Source of the DNA: Alphaproteobacteria bacterium
GTDB taxonomy: Bacteria > Pseudomonadota > Alphaproteobacteria > JACZXZ01
NCBI GenBank assembly: GCA_035604475.1
Contig: DATNIJ010000052.1
Coordinates: 1 to 53,748 of the forward strand
Reading direction: 5' to 3'
DNA length: 53,748 nt
Positions 40,669-49,189 of this stretch are shown in pieces (within the stretch, counting starts at the first letter, position 1; every line of letters begins with the position of its first letter). A program made the translations under genes and the position numbers. Below the pieces are notes generated by a model that saw only the letters and a list, made by a program, of their open reading frames with translations, had not been told where the DNA came from and searched no databases.

Positions 40669-42018
40669 TCAAACGGCGACCGAATGCCGCGCGGTCCCCT
40701 CTTTGAGATAGCGGTCGAAGACGGCGCACACCGCGCGCACCAGCGGGCGTCCCGCCCTGGTCACGCGCAAATGGCCGTTCTCGAGCGTGACCACGCCGTC
40801 CTCGATCATTTGGTCGAGGGTCTTCCACTCTGCCAGGACCGAGCCGAAGGTGTGGCCGTAGGCGGCGCAGAGGCGCGCAACCGGCGCCTCGAGGAAGCAC
40901 ATGAGGCTCTCAATGATGTCGCGCCGCAGGCGATCGTCGTCCGCGAGCGCTATGCCGCGCGCCGTGGCAAAGGATGCGCGCCCGATCGCGTCCCCGTAGG
41001 CGCGCAGCTCGGTAGCGCTCTGCACATAGCCTTGGGGAAGCGAGCCGATGGCGGAAACTCCGAGGCCGATGAGCGTCTCCGCACCATCCGCCGTATAGCC
41101 CTGGAAATTGCGGCGCAGCTCGCCGCGCGCAAGGGCCAAGGCGAGCGCGTCATCGGCTCGCGCGAAGTGGTCGAGGCCGATCGCCACATAGCCGTGAGCT
41201 TCGAGCGTGGACGCGACCACTGCCATTTGACCGAGGCGCTCCTCGGCATCCGGCATGGCCTCCTCGGGCAGCAGGCGCTGGTGCCGCTTGAGCCACGGCA
41301 CGTGGGCATAGCCGAAAACGGCGAGCCGGTCGGGCGACAGCGTGAGCGCGCGCTCGACCGTTGCGGCGACGCTCCCGACCGTCTGGTAGGGCAGCCCGTA
41401 GAGGAGATCCAGATTGATTGAGGCAATGCCGTTCGCGCGCAGAGCGTCGATCGCTCGCGCCGTCACTTCATAGGGTTGGATGCGGTTGACGGCCTTCTGC
41501 ACCAATGGCGCGAAGTCCTGCACGCCGAGACTGGCCCGGTTGACGCCGGCCAGGCCGAGCGCCCGGGCCTGCTCCGCGCTCAGCACGCGGGGATCGATCT
41601 CGACGGCGAACGCCGCGTCGCCCGCGACGTCGAAGCGGTGCCGCAGCGCGTCGGCGAGGCGCTCGAAGTTGCTAGCGCTCAACGTCGTCGGCGTGCCGCC
41701 GCCGAGATGGATATGGCTCACCCGCGGCCGCCCTCCGATGCCATCTGCCACCATCTCGATCTCCTTGAGCAGGAGCTCGAGATACCGGTCGATGGGGCCG
41801 GATTTGTTGACGACGTGCATGTTGCAGCCGCAAAACCAGCAGAGCGAGCGGCAGAAGGGAATGTGCAGATAGAGCGAATAGGGCCCGGCCGTGCCGAGCT
41901 CGCCAAGCCAGGTGCCATAGCGGCGCGCGTCTACCTCGGGCCCGAAATGGGGAGCCGTGGGATAGCTCGTATAGCGCGGCACCGGCCGCGCATACCGCGA
42001 GAGAACGTCCGGCGTCAT
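40669..42018 (-). CDS. hemN: Oxygen-independent coproporphyrinogen III oxidase (radical SAM)
   Basis: Start at MTPDVLSRYARPVPRYTSYPTAPHF. The radical-SAM cluster motif is CRSLCWFCGC, and a HemN C-terminal domain is present. Confidence 0.9.
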   Translation of the reverse strand: MTPDVLSRYARPVPRYTSYPTAPHFGPEVDARRYGTWLGELGTAGPYSLYLHIPFCRSLCWFCGCNMHVVNKSGPIDRYLELLLKEIEMVADGIGGRPRVSHIHLGGGTPTTLSASNFERLADALRHRFDVAGDAAFAVEIDPRVLSAEQARALGLAGVNRASLGVQDFAPLVQKAVNRIQPYEVTARAIDALRANGIASINLDLLYGLPYQTVGSVAATVERALTLSPDRLAVFGYAHVPWLKRHQRLLPEEAMPDAEERLGQMAVVASTLEAHGYVAIGLDHFARADDALALALARGELRRNFQGYTADGAETLIGLGVSAIGSLPQGYVQSATELRAYGDAIGRASFATARGIALADDDRLRRDIIESLMCFLEAPVARLCAAYGHTFGSVLAEWKTLDQMIEDGVVTLENGHLRVTRAGRPLVRAVCAVFDRYLKEGTARHSVAV

Positions 42019-42054
42019 CGCAGCGAATGATGAGGCGACAGGCCCGGCCCGGCT

Positions 42055-42068
42055 TTGACCTAGATCAA
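42055..42068. promoter_or_regulatory. FNR/FixK-type box proximal to hemN
   Basis: TTGAC-CTAG-ATCAA. A -10-like CATCAT lies at 42032-42027 on the minus strand. The predicted transcription start is about 42020, essentially at the hemN ATG (42018). Confidence 0.75.
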
Positions 42069-42193
42069 AACCAGGCCGTGGCCCCTGGGGCCTGCGGCGC
42101 GCTTGCGGAGCGGCGCGGGTTCTCGCCGCGACTAGTCGACAGATCGGCCGCACGCGTCATTGCCGCGTCTGGCAAGCATGCGCGCCGCGTGGA

Positions 42194-42207
42194 TTGACCT
42201 ACATCAA
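42194..42207. promoter_or_regulatory. FNR/FixK-type box facing the devC-like operon
   Basis: TTGAC-CTAC-ATCAA. A -10-like CATGAT lies at 42229-42234. The predicted plus-strand transcription start is about 42242. Confidence 0.7.
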
Positions 42208-42412
42208 TGTCGGCTGAGCGCTGAAGTCCATGATGTTGCGCGATATTTGCGTCGAACGGGCTGCAGAAAACGATGCGCGATCGTTCATACGACCACCTAG
42301 GCGTGCCACAGCAAGCCCTGGGTGAAGGCCGAGAAGATGGGTTGAGCCGCAATCGCCGGCTTCGTGCCGCCCTGCGTGATTTCATCATGCTGCTCGCGGA
42401 GCCGGAAGTCCG

Positions 42413-43549
42413 ATGCCGGGGATCCTGAGGATCGCTTACAGGCTTTTGGTCAACGACCGGGCGAAGTTCGCAGCGCTTCTGGTCGGGATCACCTTCGCCG
42501 TGTTCCTGATGATCGAGATGACGTCGCTTTTCTCCGGGATTCTCAAGCGCTCGTCGGCGACCGTCATCAACATCGGCGCCTCGATTTGGGTGATGGACCC
42601 GTCGATCCAGACGGTTGCCAATACCATTCCGCTACCCGACTACGTCCTGGACGAGGTCCGCAGCATACCGGGCGTCAAATACGCCGTTCCCCTTTATTCC
42701 GGCGCCGCGCTGCTCAAACTGCGCGATGGTGTGTATCAGTCCGCCAATATCATTGGCCTCGACGATACCAGTCTGTTCGGAAGGCCGACGCTTCTTGCCG
42801 GAACCATTGAGGACATCTTCGCCGAGAACGCCTTCATCGCGGTCAGGGACTCCGAGTTCTACAAGCTCGAGAACCCGAAGATCGGCGCCGAGTTCGAGCT
42901 CAATGACCATCGCGGCGTAATCGTCGGCATCGCGCATGTCTCATCGAGCGGACTGTTCGGCGTGCCGACTCTCTACACGACCTACAACCGGGCACTGCAA
43001 TACATACCCAATATGCGCTTTACCATCTCCTACCTCCTCGTCGAGCCTAAAACGCCGACCGACGTGCCATTGATCAAGCAGCAGGTCGCGGCGGCAGGAT
43101 ATTTGGCCCTCACGAAAGACGAGTTCATCCAAAAGATCTCCGATTTCTACAAGTACCAGACCGGGATCGGGACCAACATGCTGCTGATGACGGTGATCAG
43201 CTTCATCATCGGAATGTCCATCTCGGGACAGACCTTCTATACCTTCATCCTCGAGAACCTCGACAAGTTCGGCGCACTCAAGGCGATTGGCGCCAAGGGG
43301 CGCGAGCTGATCTCCATGATCCTGTTTCAGGCGTCATTCGTGGCCTTGACGGGATATGGCATCGGCGTCGGGTTATGCGCTCTCGTGATATGGCTCGCTC
43401 GGATCTATCTTCCCGATTATGCGGCGATCATCACTTACGCCAACCTCGGCCTTGCCCTCGTCATGGTGGTCATCATCGCCGCATTCTCGAGTTACGTCGG
43501 AGTCCGCAAGGTCCTGAAAATCGAACCCTTCGACATTTTCCGAGGCTAG
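42413..43549 (+). CDS. ABC exporter permease, FtsX-like, DevC family
   Basis: 378 aa. It has an N-terminal TM segment, a large periplasmic domain and a C-terminal FtsX-type 3-TM bundle. The N-terminus RIAYRLLVNDRAKFAALLVGITFAVFL is DevC-like. Confidence 0.8.
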   Translation: MPGILRIAYRLLVNDRAKFAALLVGITFAVFLMIEMTSLFSGILKRSSATVINIGASIWVMDPSIQTVANTIPLPDYVLDEVRSIPGVKYAVPLYSGAALLKLRDGVYQSANIIGLDDTSLFGRPTLLAGTIEDIFAENAFIAVRDSEFYKLENPKIGAEFELNDHRGVIVGIAHVSSSGLFGVPTLYTTYNRALQYIPNMRFTISYLLVEPKTPTDVPLIKQQVAAAGYLALTKDEFIQKISDFYKYQTGIGTNMLLMTVISFIIGMSISGQTFYTFILENLDKFGALKAIGAKGRELISMILFQASFVALTGYGIGVGLCALVIWLARIYLPDYAAIITYANLGLALVMVVIIAAFSSYVGVRKVLKIEPFDIFRG

Positions 43550-43551
43550 TC

Positions 43552-44253
43552 ATGCCCAGGACGGCGATCCAGGCGGTTGGCCTCAATAAGTGGTTCGGCG
43601 AAGGCGACACCAAGACCCACGCCGTGAGGGACGTGAGCTTCGACGCCCATTTCGGCGAGATCCTTTACGTGGTCGGTCCGTCCGGCAGCGGCAAGACCAC
43701 GATGCTCAGCATGATCTCGGGAATCCTCCGGCCGAACACGGGCGCCGTGAAGATCGAGGATACCGAGATATGGAATCTCTCCGACGACGAGCTCGCCGAG
43801 TTCCGCCTGCACAAGATCGGCTTCGTGTTTCAGGACTACCATCTTTTCCCGCGGCTGACGACCGCCGAGAATGTTGCGATTCCGCTCATTCTCCAGAAGC
43901 GCGACTGGGACGAGGCTCTCAAGGAGGCGGTGCTTGATCTTGAGATCGTCGGGTTGAAGACCCGGGCGCAGCTGCCGCCGGTGAAGCTCAGCGGCGGAGA
44001 GCAGCAACGGGTCGCAATAGCCAGAGCCATCGTCGGCCGCCCCGACATCCTGATCCTCGACGAGCCGACCGCGTCGCTCGACGGCGATACCGGCCGGAAC
44101 ATCGTAACCTTCGTTCGACAGCACATTCTCTCCGACCAGCGCTGCATCGTCATCGTCACCCACGACGCTCGCATCTACGAGTTTGCCGACCGCATTCTGA
44201 AGATGGAGGACGGACGGGTGGTGGCCGTCGGACGGGAGCTTTTGGATGCCTAA
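43552..44253 (+). CDS. ABC exporter ATP-binding protein, DevA/MacB-ATPase-like
   Basis: Start at MPRTAIQAVGLNKWFGEG. Walker A GPSGSGKTT, signature LSGGEQQRVAIARA and Walker B ILILDEPT are present. Confidence 0.9.
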   Translation: MPRTAIQAVGLNKWFGEGDTKTHAVRDVSFDAHFGEILYVVGPSGSGKTTMLSMISGILRPNTGAVKIEDTEIWNLSDDELAEFRLHKIGFVFQDYHLFPRLTTAENVAIPLILQKRDWDEALKEAVLDLEIVGLKTRAQLPPVKLSGGEQQRVAIARAIVGRPDILILDEPTASLDGDTGRNIVTFVRQHILSDQRCIVIVTHDARIYEFADRILKMEDGRVVAVGRELLDA

Positions 44254-45331
44254 TAGGGTCATCTTCATCCTCTCGGCCCTGGGCCTGATCCTGGCGCTCG
44301 TCAGCGCCTTCATCTTCAGCGAGGAGCCGGGCGCGCAGCCGCCGGTCTTCAATCCGGCGGCCAATCCCTATGCCAAGGGGATCTACGCGAATGGCATCGT
44401 CGAGAGCGTCCAGGCGCAGGGCGAGAACATCAACATCTATCCCGAGGTCTCGGGACCGATCACAGAGGTCCTGGTTGCCGAAGGCGACAGGGTCCACAAG
44501 GGCGATCCGCTGCTGAAGATCGACGACACGGTGCAACGGGCGACAGCCGAACAGCAACGATCACAAGCGGAGGCAGCACTCGCGGTGCTTGCGGAGCTCA
44601 AGGCAGAGCCCAGGCAGGAGAACCTCGACGTGGTCACGGCCCAGGTCGAGAACGCCAAGGCAAGCCTCAAGAATGCGCAGGATCAGCTCGCCAAGCAGGA
44701 GCGATCCTATGCGCTCGACCCGAAATCGGTCAGCCTTGAGGCGTTGGATAACGCAAGGAATGCCGAGAAAATAGCGGACACAAACCTCAAGGTCGTCCAG
44801 AAGCAATACGCCCTGACCAAGGCAGGCGCCTGGATCTACGATATCCAGAACCAGGAGAAGCAATACGCCGCCCTATCGAAAGCGTATGCGGCTTCCGCGG
44901 CGCTGCTCGCTAAATATACCATCATGGCGCCTACGGATGGCGTGGTGCTCTCGCTTCAGGCCGCTGTCGGCAGCTACGTCTCGTCACAAGGCGCCTACGA
45001 TTCCTATACTCAAGGGTTGAACCCGCTCATCGTCATGGGCACGCCGGACGCTCAACTGCAAGTCCGCGCCTATATCGATGAGATATTGGTTCACCGTCTG
45101 GCCGATCCGGCCAAGATGGACGCCCAGATGTTCATCCGCGGCACCGACATCCATGTGCCGCTGACGTTTGCGCGCATCCAGCCCTATGTCTCGCCGAAGA
45201 TCGAGCTCTCCAATGAGCGGCTGGAGCGGGTCGATGTCCGGGTGCTGCCGGTGATTTTCCGTTTCGAAAGGCCTAAAGGCCTGAACCTCTATCCGGGGCA
45301 GTTGGTCGATGTCTATGTCGGCGAGAAATAG
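44246..45331 (+). CDS. HlyD-family periplasmic adaptor (DevB-like membrane fusion protein)
   Basis: It has an N-terminal TM segment (VIFILSALGLILALVSAFIF), a lipoyl-like motif (VAEGDRVHKGDPLLKIDD), a coiled-coil hairpin and a beta-barrel domain. Its start overlaps the ATPase stop. Confidence 0.85.
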   Translation: MPNRVIFILSALGLILALVSAFIFSEEPGAQPPVFNPAANPYAKGIYANGIVESVQAQGENINIYPEVSGPITEVLVAEGDRVHKGDPLLKIDDTVQRATAEQQRSQAEAALAVLAELKAEPRQENLDVVTAQVENAKASLKNAQDQLAKQERSYALDPKSVSLEALDNARNAEKIADTNLKVVQKQYALTKAGAWIYDIQNQEKQYAALSKAYAASAALLAKYTIMAPTDGVVLSLQAAVGSYVSSQGAYDSYTQGLNPLIVMGTPDAQLQVRAYIDEILVHRLADPAKMDAQMFIRGTDIHVPLTFARIQPYVSPKIELSNERLERVDVRVLPVIFRFERPKGLNLYPGQLVDVYVGEK

Positions 45332-46847
45332 GCGCCAGCACATAGCGCTGCCGCATCGCCTGCCCGACGCGCCCGTCATGGGGCTCGCCAGCGGCGTCGC
45401 ACTGCTTTGCCTCTTGTCCGGCTGCGCCGTCGGCCCGGACTTTCTGCGCCCCGCTGCGCCGCCGGTCACCCATTATTCGAATGGCGCGGACCCCGAGGTG
45501 ACCGCTTCCGTCGGCGGCACGGCGCAGCACTTCGCCCCCGGAGCGAAGGTCGCCGCCGATTGGTGGCGCCTTTTCAACTCCTCGCAGCTCGACGCGGTCA
45601 TCTCGGAAGCGATCGCCAACAACCCCGGGCTCGAGGCGGCGCAGGCAAGCCTGCGCCAGAGCCAGAACAACTTGCGTAGCGGGTATGGCATCTTCTACCC
45701 GGAAATCGACGCCAATGCCGGAGCCACGCGACAGAGGTACAACCCGATCAAGGCCGGGCAGGATATGCCGGCGAGCGTGTTCAATCTCTTCACGCTTTCG
45801 GCCACGGTGAGCTACGCCCTCGATGTCTTTGGCGGAGAGCGGCGCATGGTCGAGGGTCTGGGTGCGGAGGTCGACGTGGCCCGCGCCACGGAGCAGGCGA
45901 CCTATCTCACGCTCTCCGCCAACATCGCAAATACGGTGATCGCCAAGGCGGCTTATCGCGCCGAGATCGAAGCCACGGCGCAACTCATTGAGCAGCAAAA
46001 GGAACAGGTCGCTCTGGCCGAAGTCCAAGCGCAAGCCGGGACGGTGCCCTATTCCAACGTCTTGAGCCTCCGCAGCCAGCTTGCCTCCTACGAAGCGACG
46101 GTTCCGCAGCTCGAGCAGAAGCTCACGCAAAGCGACGACCTGCTCGCCACGCTCGCCGGCCATACGCCGGCCGAGTGGAGCCCGCCGGAAGTCGACTTGG
46201 CCGATCTCGTATTGCCGAGCGACCTGCCGGTCAGCCTTCCCTCCGATCTCGTGCGCCAGCGTCCGGACATCCTTGCAGCCGAGGCGACGGCTCATGCCGC
46301 CAGCGCCAACATCGGCGTCGCGACCGCGGCACTTTTGCCGAGCGTCACGTTGAGCGGAAGCCTGGGGACCAACGGCACATCGACAAGCAACCTATTCGCC
46401 GCCAATGGAAATTTCTGGAGCATCGGCGCCAACGCGGTGCAGCCGCTGTTCGACGGCGGAACATTATGGTTCAAGCGCAAAGCGGCGATCGACAATTATC
46501 AGCAGGCGATGGCCACTTACCGCCAGACGGTCCTGAGCGCATTTGGACAGGTGGCCGACACGCTTCGCGCGCTCGACCACGACGCCGCGGTTCTCCGAGC
46601 GGAGGAGGAAGCACTCTCAACCGCGGATCAGGCTTTGCATCTGGTGCAGGCCAACTACAAAGCAGGGCTCGCGACCTATCTTGATGTCTTGATTGCGGAT
46701 GCACAATACCAACAAGCGAAAATCGCCGACCTGCAGGCGCTCGCCGTGCGCTATCAGGACACCGCCGCGCTATTCGCCGCGCTCGGCGGCGGCTGGTGGA
46801 ACGCGAAGCGCGAAGATGCCAGCGCAGACGGATCAAAAGGCGATTGA
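45309..46847 (+). CDS. Efflux outer-membrane factor lipoprotein, NodT family
   Basis: The lipobox LLCLLSGCAVGPDF and duplicated OEP/TolC-type repeats are present. The start may be 45378 (MGLASGV..). Confidence 0.9.
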   Translation: MSMSARNRRQHIALPHRLPDAPVMGLASGVALLCLLSGCAVGPDFLRPAAPPVTHYSNGADPEVTASVGGTAQHFAPGAKVAADWWRLFNSSQLDAVISEAIANNPGLEAAQASLRQSQNNLRSGYGIFYPEIDANAGATRQRYNPIKAGQDMPASVFNLFTLSATVSYALDVFGGERRMVEGLGAEVDVARATEQATYLTLSANIANTVIAKAAYRAEIEATAQLIEQQKEQVALAEVQAQAGTVPYSNVLSLRSQLASYEATVPQLEQKLTQSDDLLATLAGHTPAEWSPPEVDLADLVLPSDLPVSLPSDLVRQRPDILAAEATAHAASANIGVATAALLPSVTLSGSLGTNGTSTSNLFAANGNFWSIGANAVQPLFDGGTLWFKRKAAIDNYQQAMATYRQTVLSAFGQVADTLRALDHDAAVLRAEEEALSTADQALHLVQANYKAGLATYLDVLIADAQYQQAKIADLQALAVRYQDTAALFAALGGGWWNAKREDASADGSKGD

Positions 46848-47023
46848 GTGGCCGTCCCGAGCTTCTCCGCCAGGTAGCTGCGAAGGCGGACTACGGTTTG
46901 CGGACGAGGGTGCGCCGCCCGGAAGAGCGCCAGCGACCGCACGCGCGCCCAGCCGACCGGATCCGCCGGCAGCAGGACGGTTCCGGGGCGGATTTCCATT
47001 GCGCGCTGCGAGCCCTTACACCT

Positions 47024-47365
47024 TCAAGTGCTTCCTTTTTTGCGGCCGTAGCGAATGACGGAGACCTTTTGCAGGGTTACCAGGGCGCTGTCGACCATAT
47101 CATCGAGGACCGGGAGGAATTCCTTGATCTTCTCGTCGGTATCGACAATGTCGATGACGATCGGAAGATCCTCGGACAGCCGAAGCACGATTCGAAGTTC
47201 CTGGCTTGCAGGACCATAGGCCAACACTCCGCGCGTGACCGTGGCTCCCGCCATTTCCATGGCGCGCGCCTTGAGCACGATCTGATCGTGCAAAGGTTTG
47301 TTGTCAAACGTATCGTCGTAGCCGACGAAGATGCGGAGCAGGGTTGCGTCGCATGGGGCGTGCAT
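47024..47365 (-). CDS. DUF190 (UPF0166, PII-like fold) protein
   Basis: 113 aa. LLRIFVGYDDTFDNKPLHDQIVLKARAMEMAGATVTRGVLAYGP is the family's core. GAGGAG lies 9 nt upstream of the ATG. Confidence 0.8.
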   Translation of the reverse strand: MHAPCDATLLRIFVGYDDTFDNKPLHDQIVLKARAMEMAGATVTRGVLAYGPASQELRIVLRLSEDLPIVIDIVDTDEKIKEFLPVLDDMVDSALVTLQKVSVIRYGRKKGST

Positions 47366-47771
47366 TTTGGGCGGCTCCTCGAAGAACGCCGATCGATCAC
47401 TTCAGGGAACGAATGCAGACGATAAGCTGCCTTATTTGCGCTGGTCGCAGGGCAATGGGCGATATCCGTAGCAGTTGTCGAGTGCGCCGTCCAATCCCTG
47501 CCCGGTAAGCTTCCCCTCCGTGTTGAGCTTGGGAAGGATGGGGCAGCAAGGGTGCTGAGGGGACAACGATAGTCATGACCTGCTGGGGTGGACGGCCCCC
47601 GCGCCCGCCATCGGCGCGCCGCCCGCGGACACAGAAAGAGGTACGCGCACTTCGCTGAGGCCGTGCGCGACAACGTCACCATCACCCTCTATTGCGACGG
47701 CTTGCTCGCGGGCCCATAGAGAGACCGGACGCCGCGGTTCGCGTCGCGAGCGAGCCGCGGCGGCGGTTTCC

Positions 47772-48170
47772 TCACACCTTTTCCGCCTCGTGCCGCGTGG
47801 TTTGCGGCGCCGCGGGGAAACCCACGCGCGCCGCCTGGGCGAAGAGGCCGGAGAGCTTGCCCGCGTACTCGAGGTACTGCGTCGTCGCCCGTTCGGCGAA
47901 GCGGCGCTGGCAGTCGAAGGCCTCGCTTTGGCTGCGGCACCCTCGGAGAGTCTCGCAGGCGGCAAGATCCTCCTTGAAGCGCTCGAGCGAGAAGCGCGCC
48001 ATCTCGCAGGAAAGATCGAACATTCCCTTGGTCATCGCCTCGCTCGCCTTCGCCCACTGGTCGAACGACACTCGGCTGTTCTCGAGGAATTGCGCGTAGC
48101 CGCCGAACCAAGCCGCCGGGTCCGGCATGCCTGGAAACGCTTTCGCCTCGCTTGTCGATTTTGCTGCCAT
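47772..48170 (-). CDS. Phasin-family-like protein (unusually Cys-containing)
   Basis: 132 aa, predicted all-helical, with ..FLENSRVSFDQWAKASEAMTKGMFDL...RRFAERATTQYLEYAGKLSGL.. resembling Phasin_2-type proteins. GGGAGA SD is present. It neighbours phaC. Confidence 0.55.
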   Translation of the reverse strand: MAAKSTSEAKAFPGMPDPAAWFGGYAQFLENSRVSFDQWAKASEAMTKGMFDLSCEMARFSLERFKEDLAACETLRGCRSQSEAFDCQRRFAERATTQYLEYAGKLSGLFAQAARVGFPAAPQTTRHEAEKV

Positions 48171-48224
48171 GACAGTTCTCCCATCCCGATGGCTTATCTA
48201 TAGCCACCCGGGCTGAGCGCCGCA

Positions 48225-48238
48225 TTGACCCAGGTCAA
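48225..48238. promoter_or_regulatory. FNR/FixK-type box upstream of the phasin-like gene
   Basis: TTGAC-CCAG-GTCAA. A -10-like TATAGA lies at 48202-48197 on the minus strand. The predicted transcription start is about 48190, 20 nt before the ATG at 48170. Confidence 0.7.
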
Positions 48239-48276
48239 ATTCAGGCGGACGCGTAGCCGCCTCGGCGTGGGCTTCC

Positions 48277-48290
48277 TTGACCTAAATCAT
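48277..48290. promoter_or_regulatory. FNR/FixK-like box (one half degenerate) facing the 48389 gene
   Basis: TTGAC-CTAA-ATCAT. The predicted plus-strand transcription start is about 48325. Confidence 0.5.
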
Positions 48291-48388
48291 TGGCTGTCCG
48301 CAGCGCCGGTGGGAGACTTGTGCTTTCAGTCCGATGGTCGATGGGAAGCGGTCGGCCCGAAACATCTGCGAAGCAGCGGAGACCCGTC

Positions 48389-49015
48389 ATGGACCAGCTG
48401 GCGTTCAGGAATCCTACAGAGGGCGAGCCGACGGCGATCGCCATCCGGCTTAGCCGCCTGCAGCAACTCTTCAACTCCTTCGATCCCTCGCCCTTTCACG
48501 AAAAGGACCTCGATCAGGATGCCGAGGAGTATATCGTGGGCTCGGTCGACGACTTCCCGTTGCCAAGGCCGCTCAAACTCGTGCTTCAGCTGCCCGCCGA
48601 CCAGCTTGCGGTCGCCCAGGCACTCCACCTCGAGGCTGGGATCCACAACTATTTCACCTATCGCTCCGGCGAGGCGCGCCGGCGCATGCGCTTCCTCTTC
48701 CGCGAGGGGCGCATCGCATTGTTGATCGGTCTCGCCTTCCTCTTCATGTGCACGCTCGTGCGCCAGATCGCCTTCACGCTCTGGCCCAACGCCGCGGCGC
48801 AGACCCTCGCGGAGGGCCTGCTCATCGTCGGTTGGGTCGCGATGTGGCGGCCGCTCCAGATCTTTCTCTACGACTGGTGGCCGATCCGGCATCAATGCCG
48901 CCTCTTTGCCAAGCTCGCCGAGATGCCGGTCGAAATGCGTGCCGCGGACGCGCTCCCCTTCCAGGTGCACGAGAGGGCGGGAACCGACGAGCCACAGCGC
49001 CCCTCCGCCTCGTGA
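48389..49015 (+). CDS. Hypothetical membrane protein
   Basis: Start chosen at MDQLAFRNP. The soluble N-terminal part has FNSFDPSPFHEKDLDQDAEEYIV, followed by two or three hydrophobic segments (IALLIGLAFLFMCTLV, LLIVGWVAMWRPLQIFLY). I recognise no family. Confidence 0.6.
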   Translation: MDQLAFRNPTEGEPTAIAIRLSRLQQLFNSFDPSPFHEKDLDQDAEEYIVGSVDDFPLPRPLKLVLQLPADQLAVAQALHLEAGIHNYFTYRSGEARRRMRFLFREGRIALLIGLAFLFMCTLVRQIAFTLWPNAAAQTLAEGLLIVGWVAMWRPLQIFLYDWWPIRHQCRLFAKLAEMPVEMRAADALPFQVHERAGTDEPQRPSAS

Positions 49016-49105
49016 AGGAGGCAAAGCGGGCCAGGAGTCTCAAGCAAATCGTCCCGGCGCGCCGGGGGGCACCCGCCCGGACGCCTCTCCCCGTCTTCCC
49101 GGTCA

Positions 49106-49119
49106 TTGATCTGGCGCAA
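49106..49119. promoter_or_regulatory. Weak FNR-like half-site box upstream of phaC
   Basis: TTGAT-CTGG-CGCAA: the left half is perfect and the right half is poor. It is correctly spaced from a good -10 (CATATA/TATAAA at 49142-49149). Confidence 0.3.
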
Positions 49120-49189
49120 TGCGCTTGCGCCGGCGCCGCACCATATAAAGGCCAACCGCTCGCGCGCAGAGGCCGAGGAGGGTAAAGCG

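Noticed and set aside
42273-42422. 49-codon upstream ORF (MRDRSYDHLGVPQQ...) in the devC-like operon leader
   Set aside because: There is no SD, third-position GC content is mediocre compared with real genes here, and there is no recognisable peptide motif. It was kept only as a remote possibility of a leader peptide.
47366-47480. Fluoride (crcB-motif) riboswitch upstream of the DUF190 gene
   Set aside because: DUF190 genes are sometimes linked to crcB and fluoride riboswitches. Here no crcB gene is present and the leader lacks the GGCGATGG...CTGATGATGCCTAC-like core.
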